Assembly: GCA_963821525.1 (NCBI GenBank)
Contig: CAWGED010000003.1
Coordinates: 32,001 to 96,000, forward strand
From: an uncultured Gemmatimonadales bacterium
GTDB lineage: Bacteria; Gemmatimonadota; Gemmatimonadetes; Gemmatimonadales; GWC2-71-9
Direction of reading: 5' to 3'
DNA length: 64,000 nt
Part shown: piece by piece, positions 21,367 through 31,324 of the stretch
Layout of the letters: the number at the start of each line of letters is the position of its first letter
Position numbering within the stretch: the stretch's first letter is position 1
Notes under the pieces: generated by a model
The model's database searches: none
Seen by the model: the letters and a program-made list of their open reading frames with translations, nothing else
What the model was told of the DNA's origin: nothing
Program-made: the position numbers and the translations under genes

Positions 21367-22806
21367 TCAAACAACCACCTCGGCTTCGCTCGCCTTGGCC
21401 GCCAGCGGTCGCGCGCGCTCCAGCAGCGGCTTCATATACTCCGCCAGAAACTCTCCTACCTGTTGCTCGGCGCGACCGGTATACAGGGCGGGAACCAGCT
21501 CGCCCTGGAGCGTCTGCATTGACAGCTTTGCGAAGGTGTGGTCGCGAGCGAGCCGCTCGAGCAGATCGTTGGGCCCACCCTTGCTCACCCGCTCCGCGGC
21601 GGCGAGGCTGTTGGTGCGGATCACCTCGTGCAGCGCCTGCCGGTCTCCTCCCGCCTCGACGCCGAGCATGAGCAGGCGCTCGGTGGCCATGAAGGGCATC
21701 TGTTCGTCGACGTGCCTCCGGATCGTCTCGGGCCGTACCTCGATCCCCGCGGCGATGTTGGTCGCGAGAACCAGGATCGCGTCGGTCGCGAGGAACGCCT
21801 CTGGAAGCGTGAGGCGACGGTTGGCGCTGTCGTCCAGCGAGCGCTCCAGCCACTGAGTCGCGGCCGTGTTCGCCGTGCTGGACGCGAGGGAGATCACGAA
21901 GCGGGCGAGTCCGCAGATCCGTTCCGCCCGCATCGGGTTCCGCTTGTAGGCCATCGCACTGGAGCCGATCTGGTCGCTCTCGAACGGCTCCAGCAGCTCG
22001 CCCTCGTGCTGCAGGAGGCGCAGGTCTGTCCCCATCTTGGCGCAGGACTGGCTCACGCCGGAGAGGATGTCGAGGATCGCGGCGTCGGCCTTGCGCGAAT
22101 AGGTCTGCCCGGTCACCGGGAACACCCGAGGGACGCCGAGCTTCTCGGCGATCAGCCGCTCCAGCTCGCGCACCTTGGCGTGATCTCCCTTGAACAGCTC
22201 GAGGAAGGAAGCCTGGGTGCCGGTGGTCCCCTTGCAGCCGCGCAGTCGGATGTTCTCGATCCGGTAGGCTAGGTCCTCTACGTCGAGCCCCAGATCCTGC
22301 ATCCACAGCGTGGCCCGCTTGCCCACGGTCGTGAGCTGGGCCGGCTGGAAGTGGGTATAGGCGAGGCAGGGCAGGGCGGCATGGGTGCGAGCGAAACGCT
22401 CGAAGGCATCGAGTACCGCGATGAGCCGTCCCAGCACGAGGCGCAGGCTTTCCCGAATCACCAGCACATCGGCGTTATCGGTCACGTAGGCGCTGGTGGC
22501 GCCGAGATGCAGGAACGGCTTCGCGGCCGGGGCCTGGTCGCCGAAATGGTGGACGTGGGCCATCACGTCGTGACGGAAGCGCTTCTCGTAGGCGGCCGCG
22601 GCATTCAGGTCGGCATCGTCCAGATGGGCTCGCATCTGGGCGAGCGCTTCGTCCGGGATCGCGAGACCCAGCTCCTGCTCGCTCTCGGCGAGCGCCAGCC
22701 AGGTCCTGCGCCACAGCCCGATGCGGTAGCGCTCGCCCCAGAGCCGCTGCATCGGGGGCGAAGCGTATCGGGCGCCGAGCGGCGAGCGGTAGCGGTCCTC
22801 GGTCAT
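21367..22806 (-). CDS. purB: Adenylosuccinate lyase
   Basis: RHDVMAH, HLGATS, THFQPAQLTTVGKR, GSSAMAYKRNP. Confidence 0.97.
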   Translation of the reverse strand: MTEDRYRSPLGARYASPPMQRLWGERYRIGLWRRTWLALAESEQELGLAIPDEALAQMRAHLDDADLNAAAAYEKRFRHDVMAHVHHFGDQAPAAKPFLHLGATSAYVTDNADVLVIRESLRLVLGRLIAVLDAFERFARTHAALPCLAYTHFQPAQLTTVGKRATLWMQDLGLDVEDLAYRIENIRLRGCKGTTGTQASFLELFKGDHAKVRELERLIAEKLGVPRVFPVTGQTYSRKADAAILDILSGVSQSCAKMGTDLRLLQHEGELLEPFESDQIGSSAMAYKRNPMRAERICGLARFVISLASSTANTAATQWLERSLDDSANRRLTLPEAFLATDAILVLATNIAAGIEVRPETIRRHVDEQMPFMATERLLMLGVEAGGDRQALHEVIRTNSLAAAERVSKGGPNDLLERLARDHTFAKLSMQTLQGELVPALYTGRAEQQVGEFLAEYMKPLLERARPLAAKASEAEVVV

Positions 22807-24226
22807 TGGAACACCAGATCGGTATAGAGGATCTGCTGGTCGCGCTCGAAGTAGAGCCGCACCGGCTGGCGCGATCGCAGATTCTCGATCACCTCGTTCA
22901 CGTCATCCGCCGAACGGATGTAGCGCCGGTTCATCGCCACGATCACGTCGCCGCGGCGGAGCCCCGTGGACTGGGCCAGGGCGTCGGCGATGCGGAAGAT
23001 GAGTGCGCCTCGCTCGCTCTGAACGCCCTGTTCGGCCTGGATCGCGGGTGTCACGGTCACCAGCTGCAGGTCCTTCAGGACCGTCACCTTTTCTGCGGCG
23101 ACGGTCGGGAGGTCACCGGTCGTGATCGTCGACGTGGTGGTCTTGCTGCCTTGACGATAGGTCACCTTCACCCCGTCACCCACGTGCAGATCCAGCTTCA
23201 CCGCCTCCCAGTCGAGGTAGTTCCGCAGGGTTCGGCCGTTGGCCTGAGTCAGGACATCCTTGGCTTGCAGGCCGGCCCGGGCGGCCGGGCCACCCGGAGC
23301 CACCGTGGTCACCAGCACGCCGCCCTGAGTCTTCCACTCGCGCAGCGATTCGGCGCCGGCGACGTCGAGGCCGACCCAGGCGCGCCGCACCTCGCCGTTC
23401 TTCACGATTTCGTCCGCTACTCGCAGTGCGCGCTCGATGGGGATGGCGAAGCCCAGTCCGATCGATCCCCCGCTTTGGGAGAAGATCGACGAATTGACCC
23501 CGACCACCTCGCCCAGGGCGTTGGCGAGGGGACCGCCGGAATTGCCGGGGTTGATCGAAGCGTCGGTCTGAATCATGTCGAGGTAGAGGCCCGCCTGATC
23601 CTGACTCGGCAAAATATTCCGTCCCGTGGCACTCACGACTCCCGCCGTCACCGTGGGCTCCGCATTGCCCAGCAGGTACGCGAAGGGATTGCCCAGGGCC
23701 ACGACCCATTCGCCAATCATCAGATCGGTGCTCTTGCCCGGAGTCGCGACCTGGAGACCGCGCCGGTCAACCTTGATCACCGCGATGTCGGTCAGTGCAT
23801 CCTCACCCAGCAACTTGGCGGGGAGATCGCTCCCGTCGGGCAACGTCACCACGATCTTGGTTCCCCCCGCCACCACGTGCTGGTTGGTGAGAATGGTGCC
23901 ATCGGGGCGGATGACGAATCCGGTAGCGAAGCTCTGGACCGTCTGCTCCTGGCCCTGAGGCAGGAAGAAGAAGTCCCATGGCGTTTGGGGTGTCGCGCGG
24001 CGCCGGCTGTCCACCGTGATGGAGACGACGCTGGAGGACACCCGCTGGGCCGCCTCGACGATCGCGGTGCGGCGAGTGGCGTCCACCGCGCTGCTCGCCT
24101 GGCGCGAGGTCTGCGCCTGCACCTGCGCCGTGGCGAGGGTGGAAAGCATCCGCTCGGCCTGCCCGTTGCTTCCTGGGCGACCACAACTCAGGGCGGCGAA
24201 GGCGACGGCAAGGCGACGCGCCTCAT
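22803..24226 (-). CDS. HtrA/DegP-family serine protease with two PDZ domains, probable lipoprotein (frameshift in the signal region)
   Basis: LTNQHVV, DIAVIK, QTDASINPGNSGGPL; ALSC lipobox upstream of the listed ORF. Confidence 0.92.
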
Positions 24227-25008
24227 GCGCTCACCTCCATCGGTTCGGCGTAGCAGACCGCGGGGTATTCGGCCGCGACGAAGTACAGGCCTTGAGGTGG
24301 AGCTGGCGGGCTGGTGAGCTGGTTGTCGCGGCTGGCGAGAAGCATCGCGATGTCGTCCACCGGGCGACGGGCCAGTCCGACATCAACCATGGTCCCGACG
24401 AGGAAGCGCACCATGTGGTGGAGGAAGCGGTCGGCCGCGACGTGAAAGCGGAAGCCCCGGTCGCCTTCCCGGGGCTCCCAACGCGCCGTGACCACCCGGC
24501 AGCGATAGTGCGGCTTCGGCCCCGACCGGGCGGCGAACGCCTCGAAGCTGTGCTGTCCCTGGATCTGATCCGCCGCCCGCCGCATCAGCCCGAGATCGAG
24601 CGCGCGACCCAGCGGCCACTCGTAGGGCCGACGAAACGGAGAAAAAGCGGCGTCGTCCGTTCCGACGTCATAGCGGTAGCGGCGCCCCGAGGCGCTTTTG
24701 CGGGCGTGGAATCCTGGCTTCATCGGCATCACGGCTTCGACCCAGCAGTCGCGGGGCAACAGGGCATTGAGAGCCCGGCGCAGCGCGTCTGCGGTCCATT
24801 TTGGTGGTGCCGCGAAACTCACCCCGAGGCCGAGGGCATGCACCCCGGCGTCGGTCCGGCCAGCCGCGTGGCACGCGATCCGGCGGCCACACAACCGCTC
24901 CATGACCCCCTCGAACTCCGCCTGGACCGAGCGCCCGGAAGCCTGGCGCTGCCACCCCACGAAGTCCCGGCCATCATAGTGCAGGAGGGCCAGATAGGTG
25001 CGGGTCAT
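24223..25008 (-). CDS. truA: tRNA pseudouridine(38-40) synthase
   Basis: YDGRDFVGWQRQ, AGRTDAGVHA, FLHHMVR. Confidence 0.97.
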   Translation of the reverse strand: MTRTYLALLHYDGRDFVGWQRQASGRSVQAEFEGVMERLCGRRIACHAAGRTDAGVHALGLGVSFAAPPKWTADALRRALNALLPRDCWVEAVMPMKPGFHARKSASGRRYRYDVGTDDAAFSPFRRPYEWPLGRALDLGLMRRAADQIQGQHSFEAFAARSGPKPHYRCRVVTARWEPREGDRGFRFHVAADRFLHHMVRFLVGTMVDVGLARRPVDDIAMLLASRDNQLTSPPAPPQGLYFVAAEYPAVCYAEPMEVSA

Positions 25009-25056
25009 GAGGCCCGAAATATAGTCGGCCCGGGACCGGTTTGCTTACCTTATGTG

Positions 25057-26112
25057 ATGACCTCTACTGACCAATCCGCCCTCCCACTCGAGAGCGCGCT
25101 GACGTCCCTCGAACAGGGGCAGGACCTCACCGCCGGCCAGGCCGCGGCGGCCTTCGGCGTCATCATGCGCGGCGAAGCCACCGCCGACCAGATCAAGGCC
25201 TTATTACTCGGCCTCCGCGCCAAGGGCGAGACGTTCGAAGAGATCGCCGGCGCGGCCCAGGCGCTCCGCCAGGCAATGATCACCGTGAGCCCGTCGGCCG
25301 GCTCTCCGATCGTGGATACCTGCGGAACCGGCGGCGGCACAGTCGGCACCTTCAACATCTCGACCGCGGCGGGGTTCGTCGTCGCTGCGGCCGGTGTCAG
25401 GGTCGCCAAGCACGGCAACCGCAGTTACACCTCGAAGTGCGGCAGCGCCGACGTGCTCGAGGCCCTCGGCGTCGACATCACTGTTGCGCCTGACCGAATC
25501 GCGACTCTGCTCGACCGTGCGGGCATGGCCTTCCTCTTCGCCCCGAATTTCCATCCCGCCATGCGTCACGTCGGGCCGGTTCGCAAGGAACTTGGCGTCG
25601 CAACGGTGATGAATCTGCTCGGCCCATTGGCCAATCCCGCCGGAGTCACCCGCCAGGTGATTGGTGTCTCCGATCGCGTCCGCGCGTGTCGGATCGCACA
25701 GGCCGTAGCTCGTCTTGGAGCCGACCACGCCCTCGTGGTGCACGCGGAACTCGGGATGGACGAGATCAGTCCGGTGGGCTCCACCTACGTCTGGGAGGTG
25801 CGCGATAACGCGGTGACGACCTGGGTGATTCAGCCGGCAGAGCACGATCAGGCGTGGGAGCGCGCCGAGGACCTGGCCGGTGGAGGTCCGCGGGAGAACG
25901 CGGCGAGAATTGAGAGATTGCTCGACGGCTCGGCGAGTGGCCAGGATGATGAGGCTGGAAGGAGGGCGGTGGTCCTGAATGCGGCGGCGGGTTTGTACGT
26001 CGCTGGGGTGGTGGGGAGTTATGGGGAGGGGGTTAAGGTGGCGGGTGAGGTACTGCGGACGGGGAAGGGTGGAGAGGTGTTGAGGAGGTTGCGGGAGAAA
26101 GCAGACGGCTAG
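25057..26112 (+). CDS. trpD: Anthranilate phosphoribosyltransferase
   Basis: DTCGTGG, FNISTAA, AKHGNRS, GSADVLEALG. Confidence 0.96.
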   Translation: MTSTDQSALPLESALTSLEQGQDLTAGQAAAAFGVIMRGEATADQIKALLLGLRAKGETFEEIAGAAQALRQAMITVSPSAGSPIVDTCGTGGGTVGTFNISTAAGFVVAAAGVRVAKHGNRSYTSKCGSADVLEALGVDITVAPDRIATLLDRAGMAFLFAPNFHPAMRHVGPVRKELGVATVMNLLGPLANPAGVTRQVIGVSDRVRACRIAQAVARLGADHALVVHAELGMDEISPVGSTYVWEVRDNAVTTWVIQPAEHDQAWERAEDLAGGGPRENAARIERLLDGSASGQDDEAGRRAVVLNAAAGLYVAGVVGSYGEGVKVAGEVLRTGKGGEVLRRLREKADG

Positions 26113-26678
26113 ACGGAAAGACGGTTCGACGGTTCGACGGTTCGTGGCTTGGCGGTTCGTGGTTCGTCGGTTCGTTTCGCTGCCTTGAGTCTTTCGGATG
26201 CTCGACGCAGCCCTCGCGCTAGACCACCAACCAACTGGCTCGCCCGCTGCTGCATTTGATCCAAGCGCTGGAATTCCGCTGGGGCCAGAAAACCCACACG
26301 ATGTGCCAGTCGCAGGGCGAACGACAGTTCGGCTAGGGACCCGGCACTGATGTCCGCGTAGCGACGAAATTCACGTGGTCCCGACTTGGCGCAGCCTTCG
26401 GCGAGATTTGCCCCTGCAGAGTATGCAGCCCGCCTCACTTGAGAGGTGAGTTCGAACCGCTCCTGTCGTGGCCAGGCATTGGTGGTGCGGTAGAGCTCAA
26501 CCGCGAGGTCAAAGCAGGCCTGCCAGGCTTTCAGCCGCAGGTAGGGAGGTTCTTCCAGGCTCGCCATCCACGCACTGTAGGCGCATTCCTGGCTTTCAAG
26601 ACAACCAGCCCAACGCACCGGCCACCTTAAGCACGCGGCGCTTTTCGAACCGTCGAACCGTCGAACCGTCTAGCCGTC
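26104..26678. mobile_element. Putative element: four-helix-bundle gene bracketed by inverted octamer arrays
   Basis: Left gacggcta-gacggaaa-(gacggttc)3 is the reverse complement of right 26646-26678 apart from one extra unit; mobility is inferred. Confidence 0.6.
26109..26567 (-). CDS. Four-helix-bundle protein (23S rRNA IVP / Avd-like family)
   Basis: LKAWQ..DL..ELYR.T..WP..ERFELTSQVRRAAYS..ANLAEG......EFRRY..I..GSL.E. Confidence 0.92.
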   Translation of the reverse strand: MASLEEPPYLRLKAWQACFDLAVELYRTTNAWPRQERFELTSQVRRAAYSAGANLAEGCAKSGPREFRRYADISAGSLAELSFALRLAHRVGFLAPAEFQRLDQMQQRASQLVGGLARGLRRASERLKAAKRTDEPRTAKPRTVEPSNRLSV

Positions 26679-26699
26679 CGACCTGGAAACCAGCCCCAC

Positions 26700-27308
26700 C
26701 TAGTACTTCCGAATCACCCCCACCACCACTCCCTGAATCAACACATCCCGCTCCTGAAAACGCATCGGCTGCATGGTGGGATTGGCGGGCTGCAGACGAA
26801 TCCACCCGCCGGCCTCACGATAGAAGCGCTTCACCGTGGCCTCGGAGCCGTTCACCAGAGCGATCACCATCTCTCCGCTCTCGGCGGCCTCCTTGCCGTG
26901 GACCACGACGAAGTCTCCATCCATGATGTGCTCGTCGATCATGGACTCGCCCTGGACCTTGAGCGCGTAGTTGGGGCCGCGGCGAGGCAGCAGGCTGTCG
27001 GGGACCGCGATGGTCTCCTGAGCCATGATGGATTCGATTGGGGTGCCGGCGGCGACTTTACCGAGCAGAGGAATTTCAGTGGCGCCGGACTGGCCCTTGG
27101 GCGGCAGGACCTCGATGGCGCGACTCTCGTTATGGGTGCGGTGGATATATCCCTTCCGCTCCAGGTTGGTCAGGTGCTCATGCACCGTGGCCAGCGACTG
27201 GAACCCGAACTGCTCGGCGATTTCCTCGAAGCTTGGCGCATACCCCCTGTCGCGGATATGCTCCTGTAGGTACTTGAGGATTTCGCTCTGACGCCTGGTG
27301 AGCGGCAT
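26700..27308 (-). CDS. lexA: SOS repressor LexA
   Basis: LTRRQ, PSFEEI, HTH SLATVHEHLTNLERKGYI, VAAG cleavage site, GESM, TVKR. Confidence 0.97.
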   Translation of the reverse strand: MPLTRRQSEILKYLQEHIRDRGYAPSFEEIAEQFGFQSLATVHEHLTNLERKGYIHRTHNESRAIEVLPPKGQSGATEIPLLGKVAAGTPIESIMAQETIAVPDSLLPRRGPNYALKVQGESMIDEHIMDGDFVVVHGKEAAESGEMVIALVNGSEATVKRFYREAGGWIRLQPANPTMQPMRFQERDVLIQGVVVGVIRKY

Positions 27309-27329
27309 CCAGCCTCCCGGGTGTGGTGA

Positions 27330-27377
27330 CCGAACAGAGTCCGAATCGCCTCTAACCTACCCGAACACCGACCGAAG
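27330..27377. promoter_or_regulatory. Two candidate LexA operators (GAAC-N7-GAAT and GAAC-N7-GAAG)
   Basis: ccgaacagagtccgaat and ccgaacaccgaccgaag in the 75-bp lexA/trpC spacer. Confidence 0.7.
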
Positions 27378-27383
27378 AGCAAG

Positions 27384-28171
27384 ATGCCCACTCTCTCCGG
27401 CATTTTGGAGACAACCCGGGCGAGTATCCCGGCCCTGCACAAGCGGAAAACCGAGATCGAGGCGAAGGCCAAGGACGCCCCGGATCCGCCGGTTTTCCTG
27501 GGCGGGCGGGATCTCTCGCGACTCGCCCTCATAGCTGAGGTGAAGCGGCGCTCCCCCTCCGCCGGCGACATTGCCCCGTCGCTGGATCCGGTCTCCCACG
27601 CCGAGGCCTATGCCCGGGCAGGTGCAGTAGCAATTTCGGTACTCACCGACGGGCCCTATTTCGGGGGGTCGCTGGATGACCTTCGGGCAGTGGCTCAGAG
27701 GGTTCGGGTCCCGGTGCTCCGGAAGGATTTCATCGTAGACGAGCTACAGATTGCGGAGGCTCGAGGGGCGGGCGCCTCTGCTATCCTATTAATAGTGCGG
27801 GCCCTGTCTCCGGCACGATTGGCCGAGCTGGCAGCTGCGGCCCGACACTGGGGCCTCCAGGCGCTGGTGGAGGTTCATGACGCTGGCTGAGCTCGTCGCG
27901 GCGCTGGCCAGTGGGGCGCGCATTATCGGGGTCAACAGCCGGAACCTCGACACCTTCGCCGTGAACACCCGGGCAGCGTGGACCCTGTTCCGCCGCATTC
28001 CCAAAGACATCGTTGCAGTCGCCGAGAGCGGCATGGCCACTCCCGACGATGTCCGTGCGGCCGCCGAGGCCGGCGCCGACGCCGTTCTGATCGGGACCGC
28101 CCTCTCGGCCGCGCCGGATCCTTCGGCCTTGGCGGCCCAGTTCACGAGCGTACCTCGACGCGGGTCGGTGA
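27384..28171 (+). CDS. trpC: Indole-3-glycerol phosphate synthase (frameshift near 27885; stop inferred)
   Basis: IAEVKRRSPSAG, ISVLTD, LRKDFI, GVNSRNL, VAESG. Confidence 0.94.
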
Positions 28172-28450
28172 AGTGTTTGTCTGACTTCGTGTTCTTCGTG
28201 ATTCCCGGCTTCTGACCTGACGACGCCCAGCCGAGGCCACGAGGGACAGGGGCTTGGCTATTCCCGGCCCCTTTGGCAAAGCGTTGACTCGCTAGATATT
28301 ACGGGCGAGAGTGGCGGTCCCGAGCCGCCGAGCCGCGGCCGCCAGCCACCGAGCCGTGGTGGACGGATCGTCCACGGTCTAGCAAATTCCCAGACTCAGG
28401 AATCACCAGCGGAAATGGCCCAGTTCATGGAGGCAGCGGGGTGGGCATAA
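28168..28450 (+). pseudogene. trpF: Decayed phosphoribosylanthranilate isomerase remnant
   Basis: Canonical position between trpC and trpB; reads [30 protein letters not shown], resembling the TrpF C-terminus (VDVSSGVE..PG.KD..RM..F..A); only about 280 bp. Confidence 0.65.
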
Positions 28451-28452
28451 CC

Positions 28453-29644
28453 TTGCCACGCGAGCGCACCGTGGGCGGACGCTTTGGGCCCTACGGCGGG
28501 CGCTACGTACCCGAAACGTTGGTGGCCGCCCTGGACGAGCTGGCGGCGCTCTACGACGAGGCGCAGGCGGACCCGGCGTTCTGGACCGAGCTGGAGTCAT
28601 TGCTGCGGGAGTATGCCGGACGCCCATCCACGCTCACCGAGGCGCCGCGCCTGAGCGAGCGGGTGGGCTGCCGGGTGGTCCTGAAGCGCGAAGACCTGAA
28701 TCACACTGGCGCGCACAAGATCAACAACACGATCGGCCAGGCCCTGCTGGCTCGGCGCATGGGTAAGCGCCGGATCATCGCCGAGACAGGCGCTGGGCAA
28801 CACGGCGTGGCGACGGCGACGGTCTGCGCCCGCTTCGGCCTCGACTGCGTGGTGTATATGGGCGCCGAAGACATGGCCCGCCAGGCGCTCAACGTCTATC
28901 GCATGCAGTTGCTGGGTGCTCGCGTCGTACCGGTGGAATCCGGCACCCGCACCCTGAAGGATGCGACGAACGAGGCGCTGCGAGACTGGGTGACCAACGT
29001 CCCAACCACCCACTACATCATCGGATCGGTGGTTGGCCCCGATCCATTTCCCCGCTTGGTCCGGGATTTCCAGTCAGTCATCGGCCGCGAGGCGCGGAGC
29101 CAGATGTTGCAGCGCTATGATCGGCTTCCGGCCGCCGCGGTGGCCTGCGTCGGGGGCGGCTCCAACGCGATCGGCCTCTTTGCCGGCTTTCTGGCCGATC
29201 CCGAAGTCGAGTTGGTGGGAGTCGAGGCAGGGGGTGAGGGAATTCGGACCGGCCACCACAGCGCTACGCTCTCTGCGGGGCAGCCGGGTGTCCTGCATGG
29301 GTGCCTGAGCTACCTGCTCCAGGACGAAGACGGGCAAGTTCTTCCGGCCCATTCGATCTCTGCCGGGCTGGACTATCCCGGTGTCGGTCCCGAACACAGC
29401 TGGCTCAAGGACAGCGGGCGAGTGCGCTACGAATCTGCCACCGATGACGAGGCGCTGGATGCATTTCAGAGTGTCTGCCGGTTGGAAGGGATCATCCCCG
29501 CTCTCGAAGCCGCGCACGCTTTCGCCTGGGTATTCCGTCACGCCGGCCGCTGGCCGGAGGATGCGTCGGTCCTGATCTGTCTGAGCGGAAGAGGAGATAA
29601 GGACGTGGCCCACGTGGCACGACTTCTTGGGAACTCCAGTGTGA
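28453..29644 (+). CDS. trpB: Tryptophan synthase beta chain (stop inferred)
   Basis: [47 protein letters not shown]. Confidence 0.96.
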
Positions 29645-31324
29645 CCCAGGGACTCCCGGTCGCGGTGGATCTGCCGCACGCCCAGGTTGAAGAGCTGCTC
29701 CGGAACGTGGTGAAGGGTTTCCGGGCCTTCCAGATGTACCTCCCCAACAATCCGATGTACCACCGCGCGATCCAGAACGTGCGCAGCGCCTTCCAGCCGG
29801 TCTGGGCCTCGGGGCTCGACAAGCTGGTGCTCACCATTGTCGAGACCGACGTCATCTGGGACGATCACGTCATTTATCACCAGCCGGCCAAGAACGAGAG
29901 CTTCGCCTTCTACCTCTTCAAGGACGGGATGCGGGTCCTCAACCTCTTCCCCGGAGTGGAAGAGGACGAGATCATCAGGTTCCTCGAAATCGTCCAGAAG
30001 GCGCGCGCGTTGCCCAACGATGCGGGAGACGATCTCCTGACGCTGCTCTGGGCTCACGAATTCCAGCTGGTGCAGTACCACTTCGCCGAGTTCGCCGGTG
30101 ACACAACCGGGATGGGTGGAGGAGGCGCCGCGGCCGAGGCAACTCCTTCGAGTCCGGAAGAGACCAAAGGCAAGATCGCCGAGGAGGCGCCCAAGAGCTC
30201 GATCGTGGCGGTCGAGGACTTCGACTCTACGCTGTACTGGCTGGACGAAGCCGAGATCCGGGGGATCAGCAACGCGATCACCAAGGAGTATCAGCAGGAT
30301 CTGCGGGCCAACGTCGTTGCGATCCTGTTCGACATCTTCGAGCAGCGCGAGGAGGACTGGGCTCGCGGAGACGTGCTCTCCACGCTCGAGGCCTACCTGC
30401 CGCACATGCTCAGCACCGGCGACTTCAAGACCGTCGCCTCGCTCTTGAAGGAAACGCGACTCATTGTGGGGAGGAACCAGGGGCTGCAAGCAGGATCAGC
30501 GGGAACGGCTCGATGCTTTCGTGGGCCGACTCAGCGATCCCGGTGTCGTGGCTCAGATTCTTCAGTCCATCGACGAAGCCACCTCGCCGCCACGAGAAGA
30601 GGACTTGGGCGAGCTGGTGCGCGAGCTGCGGCCGGCCGCGCTCGAGACGGTTCTCATCTGGCTGCCCAAACTTTCCTCTCCCAAGGTGCGTGCTCTCCTG
30701 GAATCGGCGGCGGAGCGGCTCGCGGAGACCAGTCCGAACGAAGTGCTGCGACTTCTGCGGCAGGGAGAATCCGAGGCCCTCCCGGCCGTGATCGCCTTGT
30801 GCGGAAGGCTCCAGCTCCAGGCCGCCGTCCCTGGGCTGGGTGAGCTCCTGGGACACGCCAATCCCGCATTCCGGCTCGCCGCAGTGCAGGCACTTGCAGC
30901 GGTGGGAAGTCCCGGAGCGCTGGGTCACGTCGAGCGCGGGATCGACGATGCCGATCGCGAAGTGCGGCTGGCCGCGGTGCAGGAGATGGGACGGCGGGGA
31001 TTCAAGGGAGCACTGCGCCGGATCGAGCCGGTGGTGATGGGCAAAAAATTGCAGCGGGAGATCGATCTCACCGAGCGGATGCGTTTCTTCGAGGCCTACG
31101 CGATGATCGCCCGCGATGGCGCGCTGGAAACGCTCTCCGGCCTGATGAGTGCCGGTGCGCTCTTCAAGCGCAAGGAATCTCCCGAGGTCCGGGCCTGCGC
31201 CGCCCTCGCCATCGGGAAGATTCGGACCCAGGAGTCGCGCGACCTGCTGCAGCGCTCGGCCAATGACAAAGACCTCGTCGTCCGCAATGCGGTGAGCCGG
31301 GCCCTGCGGGAGAATCCGGCGTGA
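29641..31324 (+). CDS. HEAT-repeat protein (frameshift near 30480)
   Basis: MYLPNNP N-terminal domain; repeats [40 protein letters not shown]. Confidence 0.8.

Noticed and set aside
24016..25056. Long N-terminal extension of TrpD (698-aa ORF)
   Set aside because: It is the antisense of truA/htrA in GC-rich DNA; TrpD homology starts at 25057
26109..26567. Diversity-generating retroelement
   Set aside because: Only an Avd-like fold is present; there is no reverse transcriptase or TR/VR pair with A-specific mismatches in the window
28441..30843. 800-aa TrpB-HEAT fusion ORF
   Set aside because: Removing one G near 29630 restores a TrpB stop (GTGTGA) overlapping the next GTG start, so it is probably an indel artefact
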